From: Phycisphaerae bacterium
Lineage (GTDB): Bacteria; Planctomycetota; Phycisphaerae; UBA1845; Fen-1342
DNA length: 64,000 bases
Reading direction: 5' to 3'
NCBI GenBank assembly: GCA_050115495.1
Contig: JASFQK010000031.1
Location: 1-64,000, forward strand
Shown here: positions 46,377 through 54,205 of the stretch, piece after piece
Layout: each line of letters begins with the position of its first letter
Numbering within the stretch: the first letter of the stretch is position 1
Notes under the pieces: model-generated
What the model saw: only the letters and a program-made list of their open reading frames with translations
Told to the model about the DNA's origin: nothing
Databases searched by the model: none
Position numbers and translations under genes: made by a program

Positions 46377-47546
46377 CTATCCTCCGGTCAACAGGCCCAC
46401 GAACGGGCTGATATCGAAGTTGTTCACCAGTCCATCGCCGTTGACGTCGGCACGCAGGCGCCAGCAACCCGGCTGGGCGGCAGCGTAGCCCTCGGGGTTG
46501 GTCAGCGCCAGCACGAACGGACCGATGTCGAAATTGTTGAGACGGCCGTCGCAGTTGACGTCGCCGCGTGGCGCCGCATCCGCGACCGCCCCGATTTCCG
46601 TCGAGAGTTCGCCGAAGAACAAGGATACGTAGTTCACACCGGTGGTCACACGGATGAAGTCGAACCCATCGAGGCCGGCCGGAGATCCGCTGACCGGGTC
46701 GATGGCCCAGGCGATGTCGAAGCCGTCGCCGCCGCCGGCGCCGGGTGTGATGCCCACCGCGAGCGGATCATCGGGCATGGTGTAGAACGACTCCGGCAGC
46801 AGGTCTGGCTCGTCCACGATGTTGTCGCCGTCGATGTCGCCGCGCGACAGCACGGGCGTGAAGTCGGCATAACCGAAGATGCCCTCTTCCTCCGCGTACG
46901 GACCGGCCGGGTTCTCGACGACGTCGTGGTCGAAGATCTCGCTCGGCAGGCGATAGCCAGCGGTGTCCCACACGCCGCTGTAACCGGGCGGAATCCAGTT
47001 GGGGTACGGATTGCTCGGCGGCGGCGGCAGTGGTGGGTAGGTCGGGTCTTCGATGTCGTCGTCCCACGTCTGCACGTACCACTGCCCACCGGGATCGACG
47101 ACGTGCGAACCCGGCACGAGATACCAGGGATCGTCGGCCACGCCGTTGCCGTTAGCGTCGCGGCTGATCTCGATCACGCCGCACTCGGCCCAGTGCCGGT
47201 TTGGATCGTCGCCCACCCAGTGGGGATTGCCGAAGACGATGGCATCGACGCCGAACGCGTTCGCCGGATTATCGAGCACGGTGTGGTCGAAGCGCAGCGT
47301 GATGGATCCGCCGAAACCGCCGAGGCTGACGAGCTTGCTGTTGTCGGGGTCGTACGTGCCGCCGCCGATCGGTGCACCGAGGGCGCGGGCCGGATCGTTG
47401 AACTCGGGCACGTTGGCAAACTGCCCGGGTGCCGGCTGGAAGCTCATCACCGCCGTCGCGAACGGGTCTTCGGGCCGAGCCGCACCGACGAACACGACGG
47501 CCAGCGCGACCGCCGCCAATCGTGGTAAGTAACTGTGTCTGGTCAT
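46377..47546 (-). CDS. Secreted cell-surface protein (BtuH-like, by recalled motifs) with dockerin-like C-terminus
   Basis: Signal peptide; PAPGQFAN, VSLGGFGGSITLRFDH, IVFGN, E.GVIEIS.D.NGNG..DD.WY, GDGFDIAWA, DFIRV.TG; C-terminal GDVNCDG..NNFDIGPFV..ADVNGDG.VNNFDISPFV. Confidence 0.75.
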   Translation of the reverse strand: MTRHSYLPRLAAVALAVVFVGAARPEDPFATAVMSFQPAPGQFANVPEFNDPARALGAPIGGGTYDPDNSKLVSLGGFGGSITLRFDHTVLDNPANAFGVDAIVFGNPHWVGDDPNRHWAECGVIEISRDANGNGVADDPWYLVPGSHVVDPGGQWYVQTWDDDIEDPTYPPLPPPPSNPYPNWIPPGYSGVWDTAGYRLPSEIFDHDVVENPAGPYAEEEGIFGYADFTPVLSRGDIDGDNIVDEPDLLPESFYTMPDDPLAVGITPGAGGGDGFDIAWAIDPVSGSPAGLDGFDFIRVTTGVNYVSLFFGELSTEIGAVADAAPRGDVNCDGRLNNFDIGPFVLALTNPEGYAAAQPGCWRLRADVNGDGLVNNFDISPFVGLLTGG

Positions 47547-47624
47547 GTTGCGCGTCTCCAGGTGGCCCGCGGCGAACGGCAGCCCCCTCCGTGGAGCAGC
47601 CGTCCGCGTCTGCGGGCCGGTGGC

Positions 47625-48719
47625 CTAGCGGCGAGCGCCGCGACCCAGAGCCAACGCCGCGGCCAGGGCAAGCAGCGCTGCCGATGCGGGCTCCGGAACC
47701 ACGTACGTGTAGACCACGTTTCCCTGGCGTACGTACAGCTCGCCGGTGACGTGATTGGCCACGACGTCGTAGAGGCTGCCGGCCGTCGGGTCGGGGTCCA
47801 GTCGGCAGACCTGCTGCGGATCGAGCGGATCGACCGGCCCGCCACCGCCAAGGGCATCCGCCAGCGCCACCTGCCGGATGAGCGCCGCGTACTCGAAGTC
47901 ACCGCCGGTCGAGTCTGCCCCACCGACGTGCAGGTTCCCCTCCGCGTCGAAACCGAGCGAGCTCGCCGAGAGAACGTCGGCCACGAGCGTGCCGCCAACC
48001 TCGAAGTCCACGGCGGGACCGGTGCCCTCGAAAGCCGGCAGCCAGTCCGCCGTCGCGAACGCCTTGATCCAGCCGGTGCCGCTGGGACCGGCGGCCGCGA
48101 AACCGTTACCCGTGTACAGGTTGCCGGCGGCGTCGAAGGCGATGCCACCCGAGTAGCCGCCGATGTTGTCGATGAGCATCGGGTTGAGCGGGCTGCCCGG
48201 ATCGCTGGTCGTGTCCAGCGCCGTGACGACGCTCGGCGGGCCGGTGACCCCGCCGGCGCTCATGACCAAATGCGTCCCGTCGATCCAGGCGGCGTCGTAG
48301 TGACGTGCCGAGAACCAGTCGCCAGTCAACCCGGTCAGGTCGAAGACGCCAACCTCGTAGTTGCTCCAGGAGCTGCCGCCGTTGTTGCCGACGGCAACCT
48401 TCATCCCGTCCGGAGAGACACGCACAAACGCGGGGCCGGCGTAGACCGGGTCCGGCATGTCGGCGTCGGGCAATACGCCGACCGAATTGAAGCTGCGCGA
48501 CAGCGGCGCCGTCTCGACGAGAACCTCGGCGCCCGAAACTGTGATCAACCGTCCATCCCCCAGCACGTCGAACTCACCGCCGGTCGTCGGGGTCGGCAAT
48601 ACGAACGATCCGCTAAGCGTGTAGTCCGCGAAGGCATCGGCCCAGACCGGTGCGGCCGCCGCACAAAGGACCACCACCACAGACAACAGACTCCTGCTCA
48701 GTCCTCTTCCTTCTCTCAC
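47625..48719 (-). CDS. PEP-CTERM surface protein, probable beta-propeller
   Basis: AAGGAGG SD then GTG 48719; signal peptide ..APVWA; blade-like GIAFDAAGNLYTG, SLGFDAEGNLHVG, VSPDG.KVAVG; C-terminal VPEPASAALLALAAALALGRGARR. Confidence 0.85.
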   Translation of the reverse strand: MREGRGLSRSLLSVVVVLCAAAAPVWADAFADYTLSGSFVLPTPTTGGEFDVLGDGRLITVSGAEVLVETAPLSRSFNSVGVLPDADMPDPVYAGPAFVRVSPDGMKVAVGNNGGSSWSNYEVGVFDLTGLTGDWFSARHYDAAWIDGTHLVMSAGGVTGPPSVVTALDTTSDPGSPLNPMLIDNIGGYSGGIAFDAAGNLYTGNGFAAAGPSGTGWIKAFATADWLPAFEGTGPAVDFEVGGTLVADVLSASSLGFDAEGNLHVGGADSTGGDFEYAALIRQVALADALGGGGPVDPLDPQQVCRLDPDPTAGSLYDVVANHVTGELYVRQGNVVYTYVVPEPASAALLALAAALALGRGARR

Positions 48720-48974
48720 AATGTTCCTCCTTACAAACCTCACCCAGGCCCGCTCCCTGGAGCGGCCTAGGCCGGTTGCCTGCGGCGAGCAGCGGTAAGT
48801 GCGTCAGCCGAGCTCACCACGCCGGAAGGAACGGCACGGCCAGACCGGCAGCACGCCGCGCGCGAACACATCGCCCGCGCAAACGTTCGCCGCTCTGGCA
48901 CCTGCGAAAGGAATCAGACAGGCTGGCGTGGGCACGGAACCTTCCCGCGAAGGCAACCCGAGACAGATGGGTCT

Positions 48975-49172
48975 TGCTGGCAGGTCTTCTGACTCCCGGG
49001 CTCGCAACTCGCCGAAAGCGGCGTGTCGCACCTACTGGCTGCGCCTTCTCAGCCTGCTGTCGCAGGCCAATGACTTGTGCAGTGTTCGTTCCCGGTCACA
49101 GCGGCGGGGCCGTTCCGGACTTGCACCGGATTCCCTATTCTTCCGACCGCTCCGAGCGGCGGACACCAGTGA
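48975..49172 (-). ncRNA. Cobalamin (B12) riboswitch
   Basis: Minus strand: CTGGTG..AATAGGGAATCCGGTGCAAGTCCGGAACGGCCCCGCCGCTGTGACC..GAAGGC..CCCGGGAGTCAGAAGACCTGCCAG (B12 box). Confidence 0.95.
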
Positions 49173-49182
49173 CCAATTATGG

Positions 49183-49211
49183 TTTGTAGCTCGAACCGGC
49201 CGGCGCGTCAA
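49183..49211 (-). promoter_or_regulatory. Sigma70-type promoter candidate for the riboswitch transcript
   Basis: TTGACG-N17-TACAAA about 10 nt upstream of the aptamer. Confidence 0.5.
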
Positions 49212-49452
49212 GCCTGACCAGCTCAACAGGTGACAGCTGTTCCTGTGATGGCGAGCCACGTACGTCGCTCTGTGTCCCTGTAGGCTGACAAGCCGACAGA
49301 AATATTGATGACAGAGAAGGCAAAGAATAGGGTAAATACCCCATTGCGATTGAGGGCCGAAAACTGTTAGATATGAGATTGTGTTTGGGCGCGCGGGCAG
49401 CGGGTCCGCAGTCCGTGAGAAGAGAGAGGCGAGGAAGTCGGAGAGGAGACCC

Positions 49453-50154
49453 ATGACAACACAGTTCATCCCGCACGGGCGAGTCACGTGGCTTGCTGCG
49501 CTGCTCGTGTGCGGGATCCTGGCGACGGCCGGGGCACAGGCGGAAACCGTCGTTCTGGGTAGTTCAGGGTGGGCGGCGACATACGACGATTCGTGGATCC
49601 CGTACCTGTCGTTGATCGTCGACGATGTGAGCGACGACACGCTCTACCTGCAGAAGTCGGCGGAGTTCGTGCAGCCGCCGGTGGGCGGCGTCTTCCCACC
49701 GATCCCCATTCAGTTCCACCAGATCGCGTGGCCGGCGGTGCATCGGTTCATGATCGTCGACGAGATCATCACGAACTCGACGGGATGCGACTGGACCGAT
49801 TTCCACTGGCTGTTGCTCGACGGGCAGGACGCGGTGTTCAACGCGGACCTGACATTCGCGTCGGGCTTCTACACTTCGCCGTTTGACAACCAGGAATTCA
49901 ACGCGACCTGCACGCTGTTCTCGGTCGACGGTTTCGGCCTCGGCGAGGGTGGCAGCGACGCGATCATTCCCAACGGCGGCGTGTGGTTCCCGGGCGACGG
50001 CGCGTCGGACGGTGAACTGGTCATCGACGTCGTGCCGCACGAGGAAGAGCCGTACACGGTCTTCACGCTGAAGGAAACGCCAACGCCCGAGCCAAGCGCG
50101 ATCCTGCTGCTGGGCGCGAGCCTGGCTCTGATCGCTGGCAGGCGGCGTTCGTAG
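49453..50154 (+). CDS. PEP-CTERM sorting-domain surface protein
   Basis: GAGGAG SD before ATG 49453; signal peptide ..AGAQA; C-terminal TPEPSAILLLGASLALIAGRRRS. Confidence 0.88.
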   Translation: MTTQFIPHGRVTWLAALLVCGILATAGAQAETVVLGSSGWAATYDDSWIPYLSLIVDDVSDDTLYLQKSAEFVQPPVGGVFPPIPIQFHQIAWPAVHRFMIVDEIITNSTGCDWTDFHWLLLDGQDAVFNADLTFASGFYTSPFDNQEFNATCTLFSVDGFGLGEGGSDAIIPNGGVWFPGDGASDGELVIDVVPHEEEPYTVFTLKETPTPEPSAILLLGASLALIAGRRRS

Positions 50155-50199
50155 AGCTCCAAAAGGGAGCCAGCCGCACTCCTCATGGTTAGGGGGCAA

Positions 50200-50241
50200 G
50201 CGGGCCGGTGCCTGCCAAAGGCGCCGGTCCGTTCGTTTTTT
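50200..50241 (+). terminator. Rho-independent terminator
   Basis: CGGGCCGGTGCCT-gccaa-AGGCGCCGGTCCG hairpin followed by TTCGTTTTTT. Confidence 0.75.
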
Positions 50242-50479
50242 GCGCCGAGGGGCGATTCGCTGTAGCCCCCGTGCTTCGTTCCACTAGTGAACGAAATGAT
50301 GTACAATCCTGCCGGTCGGGACAGACCCGGCCCGGAGTACGGACGGGGCTTCGTGGTTCGTCCGGAGCCCGCGCGACACGCCGATCCGGCGTTCGTCAAG
50401 TCACCAGTCCGGCGACCCCCTCCCGCCCGACCGCATCCGCTCCGTCTCAGCGTCAAGTTCACATGCAAGGAGATTGCCC

Positions 50480-51031
50480 ATGAACACAGCGACGCGGGTT
50501 GTGCTGGCCGTAATGGCTGCCGGTTTGTTGATCACCGCCGGGTGCGCGCAGAACCAGGCCAGGGTGGAACAACTGGAGGGCCAGGTTGCCCAGCTCGAGC
50601 AGGACAACCAGCAACTCAACGCCGAGCTCACCTCGGCACAGACCACGCTCGAGCAGAGAGACACTGAACTGCACGCGGCCAACGAAGAGAAGGACCGCGC
50701 CCGTACGGATGCCACCGCGCTCCACAAGCAGATTGCAGCCATGGCGGAGGCGCTGCGCGAAGTCGAGTCGCAGTCCGAGCAGACGCGGCGAGCGCTCGCC
50801 GTGGCCAACAAGAACCTCGCTCAGGCGCAGACCGCTCAGCGTGAGGCACAGTCGAGCCGGAAAGAAGCCGTGGCCAAGGCGCAGGCCGCCGCGGCTACTG
50901 CCCAAGCCGAGGTGGACCGCCTGAACAAAGAGGTCGCGGAGCTGAACGAGAAGCTGCAGAAGGCCGAGGCCGCGCTAGAGAAAGCCCGGCGTGAGCGCGA
51001 GGAGCCGCCGCCGCCACCGGAGAACCCCTAG
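50480..51031 (+). CDS. Coiled-coil lipoprotein
   Basis: AAGGAG SD; lipobox ITAG-C; long heptad-rich A/E/Q/K helix; Pro-rich tail. Confidence 0.8.
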   Translation: MNTATRVVLAVMAAGLLITAGCAQNQARVEQLEGQVAQLEQDNQQLNAELTSAQTTLEQRDTELHAANEEKDRARTDATALHKQIAAMAEALREVESQSEQTRRALAVANKNLAQAQTAQREAQSSRKEAVAKAQAAAATAQAEVDRLNKEVAELNEKLQKAEAALEKARREREEPPPPPENP

Positions 51032-51094
51032 GAGCTCGTCGCGGTCCCTCCTCGCACTGGACGTTCGAGGACACCCGGAGTCTCCGAGCGCGGT

Positions 51095-51832
51095 TCACGG
51101 ACGCAGGCGGGCGATCTCGCCGGCGCTGACGCGGTGCTGCCTGTCGCCGGCGTCGAGGAGGAGGCTGCCGTCGTCTGCCAGTCCTGCGATGCGGCCCACG
51201 ACGGGCGGCCCGCCGGTGATGAGCTGCGCCCGCACCTGCTCGCCGAGCCAGGCGAGCCGGGAGCGAACGTCGGGGAGACAAGCCGCGGGGCCGTCGCGAT
51301 CGTACGCCACCAGAAGCGCTTCGAGCTGCCCCACCGCCGCCGCTAGCACGGCGTCGAGATCCACCGGTCGACCCAGCTCATCCTGAAGCGACGTCGCTGG
51401 GTACAGCAGGTCCGGGCCGAGGTCGGCAGCGGCGAAGTTGCCGTTGAGGCCCACGCCGACGATCGCCGCCGGCTGGTCCGCGGCGAGCTCCATTTGCACG
51501 AGCACACCGGCGACCTTCCGCCCCGCGATCAACACGTCATTGGGCCACTTGATCTGCGGGCGAACGCCGCACGTCTCCTCCAGCGCCAGGGCGATCGCCG
51601 CACCGGCGGCCAGCGGCACGGCCGTGTAGTGCGCCGGCGGCCGCCGGAGGGGCCACGCGACAGTCAACCACAATCCTCCCGGCGGGCTCTGCCAGGGACG
51701 ATCATGACGGCCACGGCCCGCCGTCTGCACCGTGGCGGTGATGAGGAAGGGGTGCGCCTGATCGCTCACCCGCCAGCGGCGGACAGCTTCGAGGTTGGTG
51801 GAATCGATCTCGGTGAGGTGAGCGCGTTGCAC
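51095..51832 (-). CDS. birA: Biotin--protein ligase (no HTH domain)
   Basis: IDSTN, QTAGRGR..R.W.SP.G, IKWPNDV...GRKVAGVL, GVGLN. Confidence 0.93.
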   Translation of the reverse strand: MQRAHLTEIDSTNLEAVRRWRVSDQAHPFLITATVQTAGRGRHDRPWQSPPGGLWLTVAWPLRRPPAHYTAVPLAAGAAIALALEETCGVRPQIKWPNDVLIAGRKVAGVLVQMELAADQPAAIVGVGLNGNFAAADLGPDLLYPATSLQDELGRPVDLDAVLAAAVGQLEALLVAYDRDGPAACLPDVRSRLAWLGEQVRAQLITGGPPVVGRIAGLADDGSLLLDAGDRQHRVSAGEIARLRP

Positions 51833-51852
51833 GAGATCACCTCCACGGGTGG

Positions 51853-53307
51853 TCAGCCTTGCAGGCGGCTCAGCAGCACGCCGGCCGCAACGGCTGAACC
51901 GATCACGCCGGCGACGTTGGGGCCCATGGCCTGCATGAGCACGAAGTTCTGCGGGTCTTCTTCCTGGGCGACGCGTTGCACGACACGGGCGGCCATCGGC
52001 ACCGCCGACACGCCCGCCGCCCCGATCAGCGGATTGACTGGGTCGCGGCTCAGGCGGTTCATGAGCTTGGCCAACAGCACGCCGGCCGCCGTAGCGATGG
52101 CGAAGGCGGCCACACCGAGGATGAAGATCTTGATGGTCTGGGGGGTCAGGAAGTTGCTGGCCTGCGTCTTCGCTCCGACCGTGACGCCGAGCAGGATGGT
52201 GATGATGTCCACGAACGCCGTGCTGGCGGTCTTGGCCAACCGCTCGGTGACGAGGCTTTCGCGCAGCAGGTTACCGAAGAAGAGCATGCCCAGCAGCGGC
52301 AGCGCCCCGTTGGCGATGAACGCCGTCAACAGAAAGCCGACGATGGGGAAGATGATGCGCATCGTCCGCGTAACTTCGCGCGGCGGGGCCATGCGGATGC
52401 GACGTTCGCTCGGTGTCGTCAGCAACCTCATGATCGGCGGCTGGATGACCGGCACGAGCGCCATGTAGCTGTACGCCGCCAGGGCGACGGCTCCGAGCAG
52501 GTCGGGGGCAAGCTGTGTGCAGACGAAGATCGAGGTTGGGCCGTCGGCGCCGCCGATAATGCCGATCGACGCGGCTTGTTCCTCTGTGAAACCAAGCAGC
52601 ATGGCCGCCAGCAACGCGCCGAAGATGCCCACCTGCGCCGCCGCCCCAAGCAGGAGCGTGCGCGGCTGGGCGAGCAGCGGACCGAAGTCGGTCAGCGCGC
52701 CGACGCCAAGGAAGATGAGCGGCGGGAAGAATCCCCACGCGACGCCGCGGAAGAGCCACCAGAAGACGCCCGCCCTCCACGGGTTCTGGGAGTCGAGCGA
52801 AACGATGGACGGATAGCGGTGGTCGGTCGCCGGCGCGAGGGCCAGAATCTGCCGGCCCTGGGGCAGGTCGATGACGCCGGGCTGCGGGATCTCCTGGTTG
52901 TAGACGAGCTTGGCCTCGGGATTGACCATCACGGCGAGGCCGCGCTCGACGAGATCTTTCACCAGGTAGCGACGGGCGGGAAGGTCGCTGTCCGGCGGCG
53001 GTGGGTAGATCTGCTGCCAGGGGCCGACCGTCACGCCGTCGATGGTCACCGAAGTGGCGCCGCTGTAATAGACGAGCGTGTGCTCGTCGACCGGGCCGTC
53101 GTACACGCCGACGCTGAGCGAGCGCACGTCGTAGGGGATGTTGCCGATGAGGATGCCGAAGCCGATGGGCACGAGCAGCAGCGGCTCGAAGCCTTTGCGG
53201 ATCGCCAGGAAGATGAAGCCGAGCCCGATGAGGATCATCACGCCGTTGCCGAGCGTGAATTGCCCGAACCCGGAGTCGCGCAGGTAATTGAGGAACATCT
53301 CCAGCAT
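51853..53307 (-). CDS. mmdB: Sodium ion-translocating decarboxylase beta subunit
   Basis: FEPLLLVPIGFG, PPLIFLGVGALTDFGP, IGIIGGADGPT, AYSYMALVPVIQPP, GAAGVSAVPMAAR, AMGPNVAG. Confidence 0.93.
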   Translation of the reverse strand: MLEMFLNYLRDSGFGQFTLGNGVMILIGLGFIFLAIRKGFEPLLLVPIGFGILIGNIPYDVRSLSVGVYDGPVDEHTLVYYSGATSVTIDGVTVGPWQQIYPPPPDSDLPARRYLVKDLVERGLAVMVNPEAKLVYNQEIPQPGVIDLPQGRQILALAPATDHRYPSIVSLDSQNPWRAGVFWWLFRGVAWGFFPPLIFLGVGALTDFGPLLAQPRTLLLGAAAQVGIFGALLAAMLLGFTEEQAASIGIIGGADGPTSIFVCTQLAPDLLGAVALAAYSYMALVPVIQPPIMRLLTTPSERRIRMAPPREVTRTMRIIFPIVGFLLTAFIANGALPLLGMLFFGNLLRESLVTERLAKTASTAFVDIITILLGVTVGAKTQASNFLTPQTIKIFILGVAAFAIATAAGVLLAKLMNRLSRDPVNPLIGAAGVSAVPMAARVVQRVAQEEDPQNFVLMQAMGPNVAGVIGSAVAAGVLLSRLQG

Positions 53308-53372
53308 GGCGGCCGCTCCTTGGACCGCCGGGACGACGTGTCAGGCACGCGTCCCGGCGCGGCTGCGCGGGC

Positions 53373-53753
53373 TTACTCGAACTCGATCAGCAGATCGCCC
53401 TGCTTCACGGTGGCTCCGACGGTGGCGTGCACGGCCTTGACACGGCCGTCCACGGGTGAAGGGACGTTCGTCTCCATCTTCATCGCGTCGAGCACCAGCA
53501 GCGTCTGGTTTGCCGAGACGGTGTCACCCGCCTTCACGTGGATCTTCAGCACGGTGCCCGGCAGCGGCGACACGCAACGGCTGGCGTCGTGCGCCGTGAC
53601 CGGCGCAGGTGCCTGCGAGCGTACCGGGCGACTTTCGGCCACCGGTGGCGGTGCGGCGACCTTCACCGGTGCCGGCGTTGCCGGTCCGGCGTCGCCGACC
53701 ACCTCGACATCCACTTCGTACGTCTTGCCTTCAACGGTGATGCGCAACTTCAT
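53373..53753 (-). CDS. mmdC: Biotin carboxyl carrier protein (decarboxylase gamma subunit)
   Basis: MKLRITVEGKTYEVDVE, Ala/Pro linker, SPLPG.V, DAMKMET biotinylation motif. Confidence 0.9.
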   Translation of the reverse strand: MKLRITVEGKTYEVDVEVVGDAGPATPAPVKVAAPPPVAESRPVRSQAPAPVTAHDASRCVSPLPGTVLKIHVKAGDTVSANQTLLVLDAMKMETNVPSPVDGRVKAVHATVGATVKQGDLLIEFE

Positions 53754-53758
53754 GGCGG

Positions 53759-54154
53759 TCACTTTCGGAAACGGTGGGAGGATTGAACGGCGATGCGACC
53801 GTGCCCGGTCCAGGACGAGCTTGGATGGCGGACCACGCTGCGCACACGCCGAATGCGTACCCCCGGACCCAGAGCGGCCACGGCGGCCGCGGTGAGAATC
53901 GCGAGCGTGCGGCCATCGACCGGCCCGTCCTCCGCTACGGGCGGATCGGCCGGCGCCGGTGCAGCGGCCACGACAGTCGCCGCGCGGCGCTGAGACAGGA
54001 TCCCCCGCAACAGCTCCAGCCCACCCCACACGAGCACCAGGGCCAGAAAAACGACGGCCACGCCGACGATGGACAGCATCACGCCGTCGAACAGGTTGCC
54101 GTCGGCAGCGGGCGGCGACGCCTCAGCCAGAATACCAAACCACACCGCGAACAT
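53759..54154 (-). CDS. mmdD: OadG/MmdD-family membrane subunit (delta)
   Basis: TM segment GV.VVFLALVLV, 'AILTAAAVA', C-terminal SW...GR; GAAGGA SD before ATG 54154. Confidence 0.8.
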   Translation of the reverse strand: MFAVWFGILAEASPPAADGNLFDGVMLSIVGVAVVFLALVLVWGGLELLRGILSQRRAATVVAAAPAPADPPVAEDGPVDGRTLAILTAAAVAALGPGVRIRRVRSVVRHPSSSWTGHGRIAVQSSHRFRK

Positions 54155-54205
54155 GGACTTATCCTTCTCCGCCGCGGACAAACGTCGCCCGCAGCGGCAA
54201 TGCAC

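Noticed and set aside
48799..49640. Short ORFs over the riboswitch and divergent promoter region
   Set aside because: They overlap the cobalamin aptamer or the real PEP-CTERM gene and show no coding-like composition.
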